A DNA stretch of 38,126 nt from a virus (lineage: Duplodnaviria; Caudoviricetes). The position numbers and the translations under genes were made by a program. Below the pieces are notes generated by a model. That model ran no database searches and was not told where the DNA came from. It saw only the letters and a list, made by a program, of their open reading frames with translations. Each line of letters opens with the position of its first letter. Positions within the stretch are counted from its first letter, which is position 1. The stretch lies in IMG/VR virus record IMGVR_UViG_3300030330_005672, positions 1 through 38,126 of that record. One strand, given 5' to 3'. Below, piece after piece: positions 15,337 to 24,925 of the stretch.

Positions 15337-17908
15337 CTATGAGCTTGATATTAAATTGTGTCACGGGGGAACTCGAACGAACAGAACCTTTTTCACGCCG
15401 CCTGAACTTTTTCACATGGGGTTGAGCGGTGATTGATCTTGAGAAGGCATTCAAGCTCATTTTCGCGGCTCCTGACTGCCCAACATCTTCGGCCCAAATC
15501 TTGAATTTTTCCCACAGCTTTTTAGCAGGCATAAGATCGTCTTCATGGGTCACCTCACATTTGAGCGCGATCCATGCCGAGAGCGCGTCTGTCTCGATGC
15601 GCCAGTTACCGCGCCAGATATCGATATAATCTTGATGCGCGTACCCTTGACGCTCGATGTAGACCCGCGCGAGGTCAAGCGCCCACGGCACGATGAGATG
15701 ATACTCTGATCTGAGTTTATCTAGCAGATCAGGATCACGCTCATGACCTGAGAAAATGTGATGAAACTCGATAGGTACAAGGCGCCGCCAGAGTCCATGA
15801 GAGCGATCTCGTGAAGCGGGTAGTTTGTTAGCCGCGAAAAAGTGGGCGGCCCTTGGTCGCATCCTGAAAGGTTTTTCATTTTTATGTTCTACGGTGATCG
15901 CATCACCTGAGATCATCGCTTTGAGTGTATCGGACTCTAAGAGATCAGTCTCCGGCATCTCTGAGACAACATTGACAGCGGCGCCGAACAATTGAGCCCG
16001 TGAAAAGCGCTCTTTCATTGCCTGCGGTGCGAGGTGCGCGGTACGCTCAACGCCGAACAGATCAGAGATCAGTGAGGCCAGTACGCTTTTACCGTTGCTA
16101 CCCTCACCAAAACATACAAGCGCTGTAGCCTCGCGAGTACAGAGACCAAGGAGCGCGAGCCCGATCCACTCACCTATCGTTGTGATTTTTGCGTTAACTT
16201 CGGCCTCTACTGTGTATGTGGTCTCGTCCTCGTGAGGGTCACGGTGAAGAGAGCGCTTGAGAAACGTATCGATGAAAATCTTAGGTTTCCTCGGTTCTTG
16301 TCCTGTGTCCTCATCATCCCAGTAGTTCAGCAGTTCAGGCGAGAGTTGATAGTCAAGATGATGGATCGCGTAGTACTTCGGATCTTTAGGAGAGACCTTC
16401 AACCCTGCCTGACCCGCGCAGATGAAATGTTCACCAAGCACGACACCCATAGGCGCGGTGTCAAAGGGCGTCTCGCTCTCACTGGATGCAGTCACGCTCT
16501 TGATCATGTTCACGGCGCCGTTGATCAGTTGCATATTGATCGGGATCGGTGAAAATTCCCCTTTTGCGTTCTCAGCCTGCGCCCCTTCGAGCTTAGTGAG
16601 GATCTGCTCAAGTTGCGGTTTCCTGTAGATCTTCCATGTACCCGTGACGGGGCTATATTGCCTGAGCCCGTCACCATGCCAGATCGGGAGAGGATCAACC
16701 CCCATCGCATCGAGGACCGCTTGAGCGATCGAGAGATCATCGCGAGGAAATGAGAACATTCTCCGCAGGGGCGCGAGGTCGGGAAAGTCTGGAAGGGTGA
16801 GCGGTGGAGGAGGCGCGACCGCTGAATGATCCTCATCAAGCTCATGTTTCGGCGCCGCGTCTAACATCTCCGTGACATAGCGCAGAGCCTCACCCTTTTC
16901 TGTGCGTCTCCCATCACATAGATATCTGTCGAGAACTTCCGCGATCTCTAATAAACAGGGCTCGTGCTGTAACCAATGACTCATTTTATAGAGTGCGTCA
17001 CGAAAGAGATCATGTCGTGTTGTGCGATCGAGCTCCAGAGACTGTAGATTATGCGGTATAATGACACGGGGTTTTTCAGACCCCTTCGGCGTTCGCGATG
17101 CTTGATCCTCGTCGCCCTTTTGCGCTCTCGCGCTTGGGGCGTCCTCGGATCTGCGCTCACTGTCTGCCTGCGCTGTATTCCCGATCTCTTTCAAGAGCCC
17201 TGACCACATACCCGCGAGCTTCTCAACGTGCTCTAGGGACATATCCTGATCATTGATATAGAGATGAGGGAAATCGTCAGGGATACGCTCCCCTTTTTTA
17301 TAGATCAGGGGCGCGGCAAACCCGCGCGTGATCTCTGTAGACCCTCCATCGACACCGACATCATCATCATCTTGAAAAGTCTTAGTCAACTGATGAAAGA
17401 ACACGCGCCGCGCGCGGTCTCCTGTCGTGATTGAGACGGGTTGTTCAAAGATGAGCCCGATCCGCGCGCCTCTGAGCGTGCGATAGTAAAAGCACCCGTT
17501 CATGTTCCTGTAGAGTTGAGTTTTTGACTCAACCCGATCAAACCACGCTTGACCTGTTCTAAGATGGGGTTCCGCGTGCGAGGGCTCATCATCTAGATCA
17601 ATGAAAATTCCGCTTGTAAACAGCGTGATCCCTAGCTCTCTCTCGATGATGTCAAAATTAAGTCGCCTGTTCTGTTTAGAGGGTCTCAGAACGGGACCAC
17701 CTTGAGCGGCGAGAGGATACAACCAGACTTCATGACCTGGAGACTGTCTCCAATCGCGTTGTAATGCGTCACGGAACCCGAGCGAGATGAGTCTGTTAGG
17801 GTGCTGTTCACCTGCTCTCCACGCTGTTGGTGTGCTGTATCGGCCTGATCCATTGTGTGTGTAAAAGCTCGCTTGGAGCGCGCTAAGGATCATAAATGCC
17901 CCTTTCAT
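15278..17908 (-). CDS. Primase-helicase (AEP-like N-terminus plus D5/P4-type SF3 helicase)
   Basis: IFIDLDD; GEGSNGKS Walker A; VSE; ANKLP; GLWRR; winged-helix-like tail; start 17908 or 17893. Confidence 0.88.
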   Translation of the reverse strand: MKGAFMILSALQASFYTHNGSGRYSTPTAWRAGEQHPNRLISLGFRDALQRDWRQSPGHEVWLYPLAAQGGPVLRPSKQNRRLNFDIIERELGITLFTSGIFIDLDDEPSHAEPHLRTGQAWFDRVESKTQLYRNMNGCFYYRTLRGARIGLIFEQPVSITTGDRARRVFFHQLTKTFQDDDDVGVDGGSTEITRGFAAPLIYKKGERIPDDFPHLYINDQDMSLEHVEKLAGMWSGLLKEIGNTAQADSERRSEDAPSARAQKGDEDQASRTPKGSEKPRVIIPHNLQSLELDRTTRHDLFRDALYKMSHWLQHEPCLLEIAEVLDRYLCDGRRTEKGEALRYVTEMLDAAPKHELDEDHSAVAPPPPLTLPDFPDLAPLRRMFSFPRDDLSIAQAVLDAMGVDPLPIWHGDGLRQYSPVTGTWKIYRKPQLEQILTKLEGAQAENAKGEFSPIPINMQLINGAVNMIKSVTASSESETPFDTAPMGVVLGEHFICAGQAGLKVSPKDPKYYAIHHLDYQLSPELLNYWDDEDTGQEPRKPKIFIDTFLKRSLHRDPHEDETTYTVEAEVNAKITTIGEWIGLALLGLCTREATALVCFGEGSNGKSVLASLISDLFGVERTAHLAPQAMKERFSRAQLFGAAVNVVSEMPETDLLESDTLKAMISGDAITVEHKNEKPFRMRPRAAHFFAANKLPASRDRSHGLWRRLVPIEFHHIFSGHERDPDLLDKLRSEYHLIVPWALDLARVYIERQGYAHQDYIDIWRGNWRIETDALSAWIALKCEVTHEDDLMPAKKLWEKFKIWAEDVGQSGAAKMSLNAFSRSITAQPHVKKFRRREKGSVRSSSPVTQFNIKLIDDNDGFNNGHTTTPARTTH

Positions 17909-17928
17909 TTCCAGTGTTGAATCTATAG

Positions 17929-17968
17929 AAATAGACCCTTGACAAGTCATGAGTCAAGCTCCTATTTT
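17929..17968. promoter_or_regulatory. Overlapping divergent promoters in a pseudo-palindrome
   Basis: AAATAG-accc-TTGAC-N9-GTCAA-gctc-CTATTT; TTGACA-18-TATTTT (+) and TTGACT-18-TATTTC (-) between divergent replication operons. Confidence 0.55.
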
Positions 17969-17998
17969 GTAAAATCCATTTATCGAAGGAGAGAGCAC

Positions 17999-18283
17999 AT
18001 GACGAAAGATGAATTCATTTTAGCCATGAGAGCGCTCGATGAGGACGATGGTCTTGAGACTGTTCATCACCCTGCTCATTATCGTTATGACACGATTGAA
18101 GCGATCGATATCATAGAGGCGTGGGCGCTCAATTTCAATCGCGGGAACGTGGTGAAATATTTATCAAGAGCAGGGTTAAAGAGCCAGGATTCAGAACTTG
18201 AGGATCTACATAAGGCGCTCTGGTATTTGAAACGTGAAATCATGAGGTTACGCAATGAAAGCGCAGAAAATGAAACAGATTAA
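17999..18283 (+). CDS. DUF3310 family protein (T7 gp1.7-like nucleotide kinase family)
   Basis: VHHPAHY...IEAIDII...GNVVKYLSRAG.K...EDL.KA.WYL; AAGGAG RBS. Confidence 0.85.
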   Translation: MTKDEFILAMRALDEDDGLETVHHPAHYRYDTIEAIDIIEAWALNFNRGNVVKYLSRAGLKSQDSELEDLHKALWYLKREIMRLRNESAENETD

Positions 18284-18458
18284 AGAGACGCGGTCTCGTC
18301 TCCTTGAGGAGATCAGGAGTCAACTCAAGGTTCTCAATGATCACGCGGGAGACGATAACCCTCTACTGATCATGAACACCTCGCGCTCTCTGGTGTCACT
18401 GATCGAGACTTATCTCTCTACACTACCTCCTACATACCGAGGGGATGACGCACAGTGA
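18270..18458 (+). CDS. Small hypothetical protein
   Basis: Fills the gap between operon genes; GTGA overlap with next gene. Confidence 0.55.
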   Translation: MKQIKETRSRLLEEIRSQLKVLNDHAGDDNPLLIMNTSRSLVSLIETYLSTLPPTYRGDDAQ

Positions 18459-20131
18459 CAGAGAGAAAACCTTGGAGCGCCACATCGCCGAGCCAGATTA
18501 GTACATTTCGCGACTGTCGGCGCAAATGGTACCGAGTGAGCGTTCTCGGGGAACGTCCACCAAGCACAGCCGCCGCCGAACGTGGTACGCGCGTCCATGA
18601 ACAGTTAGAGCAATGGCTCATGAACGGGGTTGCACCGACAGACGGCACAGCGCGCGCGATGATGCGCGCACTGCCTAAAGGGGGTACGGTCTCACCTGAT
18701 CTTGTCGAGCAGAGTTTTGATCTGACCCCTGAAGGGTGGGTCGCGCGTGTCCGTGGACGTATTGATTTGATTGACCCGAGCACAAATCAGATCATTGACC
18801 ATAAAACTACGGGCTCATTCAAATACATGAAAACCGAGGAGGATCTGGCGACAGATACCCAAGCGGTGATTTATAGCGCGGTCGCGCTCCAAGGGGCGCT
18901 TGGTCATGAGTTCAGTGAGCCTCTGAGGTTCACGTTAAACTACGGCACGACCAAGGGCGCGACGAGAACCGCGATTGTCTCACGGACATTCACGCGCGCT
19001 CAGTTAGAGGCACCTCTTGCCTCGATCGGTGAAGAGGTGAAGCTTCAAAAATCAACCTCTGAGGCGTTGAAATGGTCAGAGGTCGAACCTAATTATCAGA
19101 GCTGTGATAAATACGGACGGTGTGCGTTTGCTGATGACTGTTCCGCGCATCAGAGAGCACTCATACAGATCGATGAACCCTCTCAAGCCACGGTTAACAA
19201 TTTCATAGATTCACTAAAGGGGGGCTTAGGGCCTACGAATCAGATCATGATCGAGGACCGCCCAGAGATCACTATTGAAAGCGATCTTGATCCAGAGGGC
19301 AGATCTTATCTGAATGCGAATCCCCCTGACGGGTTACCTGATCGAGCGCCCCTACCTGAAGATCAGCAACCCGCGCGCCGTTTGCCTCGTTTCAGATGGA
19401 ACGATAAGAGCTTGAGTCAGATGAAGGCGCCCGATCTTGTGCAAGCGGTTCAGGAGCTGACCGCGATCATGAGTCCTCAAGCACGCGAGGTTTACGAGCG
19501 GCACACTCAACACATTAAAAAAGAGACAATGAAAACGAACAAAGAGCGCTTAGAGGTGATCCATAAGATCAATTATGGAGTGCTCGCAGTAAACGACCCA
19601 ACGAAAGAGAGAGATACAGTGAGCCAAGATGATTTTTTTGCGGCATTTAACGCGCAGAACCACGCGCCAAAAGAACAGGCTCCAGGGCCACCTCCAGAAA
19701 CGCCTTTAAACGCCCCTGAACCCGTCAAAGAACCTGCACCCCTACCCACGCCTCAAAAGAGCGCTGAGGAGTGGTTAAAAGGCGAACCTGAGCCGCCTCA
19801 AGAGGAGAGTCACCCTTTTACGGGTCAGTATGACGTAAAAGAGGCCCCGACCATGCTTCTTGTTGATGCAATCGCTACAGGTGGCGAGAGCGTGGATCTT
19901 TTGAGTGAACTGGCACCGTGGATCGCTGACATCGAGGAGAAACACTCACGCCCTATGTGCATGATCGCCTATGACGGAGGATGGAAACACCTTGGGGCGC
20001 GCTTGGCGTCTCAAAAGACTTGGCTCTTTTCAAAAAATATTGTAACAATTGACTCCTCTCATCCGTTATATCGACACTGCTCACATGTTCTCGTGAGCCT
20101 CGCGGATGTCACGATTAAAGCGACACGCTGA
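18455..20131 (+). CDS. Cas4-like PD-(D/E)xK exonuclease with long C-terminal extension
   Basis: SPSQI...C, RGT.VH..LE, GRIDL, DHKT, Q...Y, C...C...C cluster. Confidence 0.85.
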   Translation: MTERKPWSATSPSQISTFRDCRRKWYRVSVLGERPPSTAAAERGTRVHEQLEQWLMNGVAPTDGTARAMMRALPKGGTVSPDLVEQSFDLTPEGWVARVRGRIDLIDPSTNQIIDHKTTGSFKYMKTEEDLATDTQAVIYSAVALQGALGHEFSEPLRFTLNYGTTKGATRTAIVSRTFTRAQLEAPLASIGEEVKLQKSTSEALKWSEVEPNYQSCDKYGRCAFADDCSAHQRALIQIDEPSQATVNNFIDSLKGGLGPTNQIMIEDRPEITIESDLDPEGRSYLNANPPDGLPDRAPLPEDQQPARRLPRFRWNDKSLSQMKAPDLVQAVQELTAIMSPQAREVYERHTQHIKKETMKTNKERLEVIHKINYGVLAVNDPTKERDTVSQDDFFAAFNAQNHAPKEQAPGPPPETPLNAPEPVKEPAPLPTPQKSAEEWLKGEPEPPQEESHPFTGQYDVKEAPTMLLVDAIATGGESVDLLSELAPWIADIEEKHSRPMCMIAYDGGWKHLGARLASQKTWLFSKNIVTIDSSHPLYRHCSHVLVSLADVTIKATR

Positions 20132-20147
20132 AAAGGGAAAAAAGAAA

Positions 20148-20654
20148 ATGAGTAACTGGAACCAAAACAATGACGCATGGAATCAGACCGCGCAGGCGGC
20201 GAACTTCCCGAACCAAGGACAAAATCAAGGGTCTGCTCAAGGTGCTTCGATCTGGGATAATTTCGAGCACGTGGACACCGCACCACAGCGCAACGGGTAT
20301 GTGCCACCAGGCCTTGATTTGAACGTAAAAATTGTTCAACTGAAGACGATCCAGAGCATTAAAAACAATAATCGCCCTGTGTTCATCGCGACTGTTGAGA
20401 CGATCGAAGAGACTCCAAATCGTTATGATTGGGTCGCGAAGGCTGATGAGCGTCCGTATCTCCAAAACATTAAGGCACTCGTATGCGCGATCAATCCTGA
20501 AGGTGATCCACGCTCTTTTGGACGCCAGCTCATGGAAGCGCTCACAGGACCAGAGCAACCCGCACGCGACAAGATCGTTCATCTCCGCAGTGAGCAGATC
20601 ATGACCCGAAGCGGGAGTGATTTCACAAAATGTCACTGGTCACCCGCGCGTTAA
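20148..20654 (+). CDS. Putative single-stranded DNA-binding protein
   Basis: Position between Cas4-like nuclease and PolA; beta-rich core; N/Q-rich N-terminus. Confidence 0.4.
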   Translation: MSNWNQNNDAWNQTAQAANFPNQGQNQGSAQGASIWDNFEHVDTAPQRNGYVPPGLDLNVKIVQLKTIQSIKNNNRPVFIATVETIEETPNRYDWVAKADERPYLQNIKALVCAINPEGDPRSFGRQLMEALTGPEQPARDKIVHLRSEQIMTRSGSDFTKCHWSPAR

Positions 20655-20660
20655 ACTCAC

Positions 20661-22523
20661 ATGCAAAATCTTACAATTGATTGTGAGACAGAGCTGATCG
20701 GACAAGGGCGCAAGGCGCCACTCATGGCATGTTTGAGCGCGAGCGATGGACGCGCGCATCAACTCTTGAGCCCTGATGAGGGTTGTGATCTCCTGTCGCG
20801 TTGGTTGCGCCTTGATGAAGGTTGGCTGATCGGTCATAATATCGCTTTTGATCTCGCGGTGATCGTGCGTCATCGTCCTACACTCGCGCCGTTGATTTGG
20901 CGCCTTTATGATCAGGGTAGAGTATGGGATACAGGGATACATGAGCGCTTATTTACGCTTTATCACGGATGGTCTACCCATCCTGAGATCGGGCGCCCGA
21001 TCATCTCTCAAGGGGTCAGTCTGGCACAACTCGCGCGCGGTCTCCTCGGTCTCAACATCACAGAGCAGAAACTCGATCCTAAAAGTCCTCGATATCAGTA
21101 CGGAAAGCTTCTCGATACGTCTCTTGATCAATGGTCGAGAGAAGCCCAAGAGTACGCTTTAGAGGACGCGAGGATCACTCACCAGATCTTTAAACTCCAA
21201 CAGGAGCGACTCACACAGGTTGAGCACGTCACACGCGATCAATACCGTTATATGTTCAGTTTTCATCTCCAAACACGCGCGGCGTGGGCGCTCCATCACC
21301 TTGAAATGTGGGGTCTTCGGACCTCTCAAGAGAGCGTCGATCAATGGAGATCAGAGACCCTAAATAAGCGCGCGGTCCTTGAGCGTGAATTGATTGATTT
21401 TGGGCTACTCAATAACAAGATCAAGAGAAACATGAAGGCGATCAGGGCGATTGTAGAGGCAAGCTACGGAGACTCTACACCTCGCACCGAAAAAGGCGCG
21501 GTTCAGGTATCAGGTGAGGTGCTCGAAGACAGCAATGAACCCATCCTGATCAAGCTCGCTGATTGGCTCAAACTTGATAAGATTTTAGGCACATTTGGCC
21601 CGACTGTGGACCTTGGCACAGAGAGACCCATTAACGCGCGGTGGAATGTGCTTGTGAGGTCAGGACGTACAAGCTGTACAAAACCCAACCTTCAACAATT
21701 ACCCCAATCAGGAGGAATCAGAGAATGTTTCCGACCGCGTGAGGGGTATGTGTACGTTGGCGCTGATTATTCGACCGCCGAACTTGTCGCGCTCGCTCAA
21801 GTGTGCCTCAACCTTGGCTACCAATCGAACATGGCTCAAGCGATCAGTGAAGGGCGTGATTTACACCTCGCGCTTGCGGCTGATCTCGCGGGAGTGTCGT
21901 ATGAACAAGCGCTCAAACTGAGAGCAGAGAAAGACCCTCAAATTTTAAAGCTCCGTAAACTCGCAAAAGTACCAAACTTTGGTCTCAGCGGGGGTCTCGG
22001 GGTGTCAGGTCTGGTAGGGTTCGCGAAGGGCTACGGGCTCAATATCACGGAACGCGAGGCGCAAGATTTAAAGCGCGCGTGGTTCGGTAGATGGCCCGAG
22101 ATGCGCTTGTATTTCGATCAGGTGAAACGCGATGTCACCAGAGGTTACCTCATCCATCACTACAGCGGGAGACGGCGCGGGGGGATCGGATTTACCGATG
22201 GAGCAAATAGCTATTTTCAAGGTCTCGTTGCCGACGGTGCAAAATGCGCGCTCTATGATGTTGTAAGAGCGTGTTGGATGGAACCCGAAAGCGCTCTATT
22301 TGGTGCGCGTCCTGTTCTGTTTATCCATGACGAGATCATTTTGGAGGTCCCAGAGGGGCGCGCGAGTGTCGCGGCTGATGAACTCGCTCGGCTTATGATC
22401 CAGGGGATCAAGCCCTTTTTGCCTGATCTGCCGATCGAGGTTGAGGCGTGGTGCTCTCGCATCTGGACGAAGGGTCTTGACGAAGCGCGAGATCCTGACG
22501 GGCGGCATCTCATCCAAAATTAG
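20661..22523 (+). CDS. polA: Family A DNA polymerase with 3'-5' exonuclease
   Basis: IDCET, GHNIAFD, YALED (exo); SGRTS, PNLQQ, ADYSTAEL, RKLAK.PNFG, IHDEI. Confidence 0.95.
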   Translation: MQNLTIDCETELIGQGRKAPLMACLSASDGRAHQLLSPDEGCDLLSRWLRLDEGWLIGHNIAFDLAVIVRHRPTLAPLIWRLYDQGRVWDTGIHERLFTLYHGWSTHPEIGRPIISQGVSLAQLARGLLGLNITEQKLDPKSPRYQYGKLLDTSLDQWSREAQEYALEDARITHQIFKLQQERLTQVEHVTRDQYRYMFSFHLQTRAAWALHHLEMWGLRTSQESVDQWRSETLNKRAVLERELIDFGLLNNKIKRNMKAIRAIVEASYGDSTPRTEKGAVQVSGEVLEDSNEPILIKLADWLKLDKILGTFGPTVDLGTERPINARWNVLVRSGRTSCTKPNLQQLPQSGGIRECFRPREGYVYVGADYSTAELVALAQVCLNLGYQSNMAQAISEGRDLHLALAADLAGVSYEQALKLRAEKDPQILKLRKLAKVPNFGLSGGLGVSGLVGFAKGYGLNITEREAQDLKRAWFGRWPEMRLYFDQVKRDVTRGYLIHHYSGRRRGGIGFTDGANSYFQGLVADGAKCALYDVVRACWMEPESALFGARPVLFIHDEIILEVPEGRASVAADELARLMIQGIKPFLPDLPIEVEAWCSRIWTKGLDEARDPDGRHLIQN

Positions 22524-22730
22524 GCGCATGTCCTCTTGAGATGAGATCGATTGTGTCTTCAGTGCGCGCAACTCCTCAAGGATCTCTCGCGCGGGGTCTT
22601 CTTCCTCTTCCTCTTCCGCTTCAGGCTCAGGTAAAGGGGGCGGGGGAGGTGGAGCGGTACACGCGCGTAGTGAGAGAGAGATCAAGATCAAGAGCAGGCT
22701 CGCGGTGATGATCCTGAGCGCGGCGGTCAT
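22296..22730 (-). CDS. Putative lipoprotein, o-spanin-like
   Basis: Signal peptide ending LSLRAC followed by poly-Pro; ATGA-coupled to upstream gene; 3' end overlaps polA antisense. Confidence 0.45.
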   Translation of the reverse strand: MTAALRIITASLLLILISLSLRACTAPPPPPPLPEPEAEEEEEEDPAREILEELRALKTQSISSQEDMRLILDEMPPVRISRFVKTLRPDARAPRLNLDRQIRQKGLDPLDHKPSEFISRDTRAPLWDLQNDLVMDKQNRTRTK

Positions 22731-23008
22731 TGTCTGAGTCTCCGCTTGAGTTCTGTGATGTCTTCAGCCATTGACACGTTCTGAGTCTTGAGTTCAATGA
22801 TCAATCCCTTGATCTCTGTTAGCGTTTTTGTGTCCTGTCGCGCGTCATTCTCTAGCTGAGTGATACGGCGCTCATAACTAGCGCGCTCAACATCAGCGCG
22901 CGCAAGATCCCCTGAGAGCTTGAGTACCCAAGCGAGTACAGGGATCGCGAGAAGAGATAGCCCTCTCCAGACCCATTCAAGGGCAGTCGGTTGATCAATT
23001 GGACTCAT
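22727..23008 (-). CDS. Single-TM coiled-coil protein, i-spanin or holin-associated
   Basis: GAGGAG RBS; TM WRGLSLLAIPVLAWVL then coiled coil. Confidence 0.5.
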   Translation of the reverse strand: MSPIDQPTALEWVWRGLSLLAIPVLAWVLKLSGDLARADVERASYERRITQLENDARQDTKTLTEIKGLIIELKTQNVSMAEDITELKRRLRQ

Positions 23009-23324
23009 TATCAGACTCCTCACCGATCGCGCGCCGAACCTTCTTTTTGAGGATGCTCACAATAATACTATTCATTGCACCCGCGCCGAGTCCGATCACT
23101 GCACCGTAGAGCACAAGCGTCTCATCTTCGGTCACTTCTGGGTGAATCAGCGCACCAACACCCGCGCCAACGACAAGCGCCATGGAGCGAAGCGCAAGGA
23201 CTCTCTGCGGCCCTTGTATGTCAAACATCGTGAGGAGCGGTCTGCACCACTCAACGAGCGCCCATGCGCTGATCGCGGTCCATGCGAGCGTCTCAAGGGG
23301 TAAAAGTGCGGGGTTGATTTCCAT
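22995..23324 (-). CDS. Putative holin (3 TM)
   Basis: Three hydrophobic segments and basic C-terminal KKKVRR; lies after tail genes. Confidence 0.55.
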   Translation of the reverse strand: MEINPALLPLETLAWTAISAWALVEWCRPLLTMFDIQGPQRVLALRSMALVVGAGVGALIHPEVTEDETLVLYGAVIGLGAGAMNSIIVSILKKKVRRAIGEESDNESN

Positions 23325-23336
23325 ATCTTGCTCGCT

Positions 23337-24146
23337 TTACGGGTTAAATGTTCTTTTGAGTCTCATTCTCAGTTCTATACCTGCGGCGAGGAGATCAGAG
23401 AAGAGGGATCTGATAGAGGGGCCGTAGTCTTCACCTGTAAAATACAAGGGATAAGGCCCTATGTCTTGATTACCGTTTCTCTCGCTCTCTGTCGAGCTAA
23501 ACAGATCAAGTATGTGCGCTCCAAAAGGGTCATTTGTGCGCGCGTCTGCGTTCTCCCTCCAGTAGCTCGGAGGTGTGATCATTGCGTCAGGTGTAATCAT
23601 ATCAATGATCACGACACATTGAGCCTCTTGAGTCCTTCCGCGCTGTGCTTTGATCTCGCTCGGTTGAGGTTCACGGATCGTAAAAGGTAACAGTTCAAGA
23701 TCTAGAGTCTGAGCGCTCCCACTTGTAGGGGCTCCTGAGATCGCGAGCGACTGAGCAGGAGAGAGGTAGAGGCGCGAGGTATTGCTATCATAATGAGTAG
23801 AGTGATAAAGCGCACCTGATACCCTAATCAAGCGCTCCTCTCCCCACGCGGCGGTGATGCTCGATGATGTGAGATATGGAGCGGCGGCAGGGGTTAAGGT
23901 CGCGCCTGTGGCCTTGATGATATGCTCTTGAAACAGCGCGGCTAACTGAGAAACGAGACTTGTATATGATCCCCTCACACTATAGAGCGCTTGATGAAGG
24001 AATGCAGATTGAGACGCATACGGGGTCTCTGTAGCCTCAAGAGGTAAACCGTAAAGGGTTGCTAAGGTTTCAAGATAATCTCTCGGTGAGCGATGAATAA
24101 GCGTGTCTGAGCGCGCTTCTCTGACGTGCGACTGATCACGGAGCAT
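23337..24146 (-). CDS. Tail/baseplate-associated protein
   Basis: In tail operon; GAGGTG RBS; L..LA.LYGLP motif like baseplate wedge (gpI-type) proteins. Confidence 0.5.
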   Translation of the reverse strand: MLRDQSHVREARSDTLIHRSPRDYLETLATLYGLPLEATETPYASQSAFLHQALYSVRGSYTSLVSQLAALFQEHIIKATGATLTPAAAPYLTSSSITAAWGEERLIRVSGALYHSTHYDSNTSRLYLSPAQSLAISGAPTSGSAQTLDLELLPFTIREPQPSEIKAQRGRTQEAQCVVIIDMITPDAMITPPSYWRENADARTNDPFGAHILDLFSSTESERNGNQDIGPYPLYFTGEDYGPSIRSLFSDLLAAGIELRMRLKRTFNP

Positions 24147-24924
24147 AAAACACCACCTCTGAGAGCTTGGGTAAGTTGCGCTTGAGTCCACCACTCAGGA
24201 CGATCTGAGATCCTGAGTGCGTGTAGGTGTATCGTCTACCGCCCACGCTCACCACGCCGCTGTCAGGAAAAGAGAGCGTACTCTCTGTAGAGAGATCAGT
24301 CTCACCCCTCGCGTGATCACGAGATAGGACCGTTTGAGGTGATCCCACGTGTTCCTGTGAGATGCGCCCGAAGATATCAAGAATCATGTGCAGGTAGGGA
24401 GGGCGCGCGGGTTTAGAGACTGCAAAATCTACAGGCTCAAGCCCGTTGAATCTGGCGCCTGTTTGATAAAAACTTGGAGGTAATCGACGTGATAAATATC
24501 GCTCACTCCCTCGGTTGTCAGGCTCGATCTTGAGCGCGGTTCCGATCGTGTACGTCTGCGCGAAATTCGGCCCACAGTGAAGCGTGATCGTGTAACTACC
24601 CGCAGGAGCAGGGGGCGTGTACGCCTCAAGATCACCGCGCCGCTTGAGGAGGTTCGGCCCTTGACTCGCGATCCCTGAGTAGAAATAGGTCAGCACACCC
24701 TCAACCTGTATCGAGAGTCTGAAGGGTGAGAGGTTATCGCTCAAGGGACCTGTGACTTGTACTTTCGCCCCTCCTCGATGGTGAACTTTTGAAGATCTCA
24801 GCTCAAGGTACAGGAGCGCCTCTTGATTAGGAGAGCCGTACCCGCGCTCAAGCGCGACACCTGCGAGGGATTCAGGGTCACCGTATCCAAGTCCTCCGCT
24901 CTCTGGGTCTCCATATCCGCGCAT
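24136..24924 (-). CDS. Virion structural protein with Ig/IPT-like domain and GYGDPES repeats
   Basis: GYGDPES x2 plus GYGSP; GG..V.V.G...TPPAPAG.Y.ITL pattern. Confidence 0.5.
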   Translation of the reverse strand: MRGYGDPESGGLGYGDPESLAGVALERGYGSPNQEALLYLELRSSKVHHRGGAKVQVTGPLSDNLSPFRLSIQVEGVLTYFYSGIASQGPNLLKRRGDLEAYTPPAPAGSYTITLHCGPNFAQTYTIGTALKIEPDNRGSERYLSRRLPPSFYQTGARFNGLEPVDFAVSKPARPPYLHMILDIFGRISQEHVGSPQTVLSRDHARGETDLSTESTLSFPDSGVVSVGGRRYTYTHSGSQIVLSGGLKRNLPKLSEVVFYAP

Positions 24925-24925
24925 A

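Noticed and set aside
485-17998. Longest-ORF starts at 485, 2024, 2268, 5618, 17939, 17950
   Set aside because: They overlap neighbours or promoters; downstream ATGs have clear RBSs
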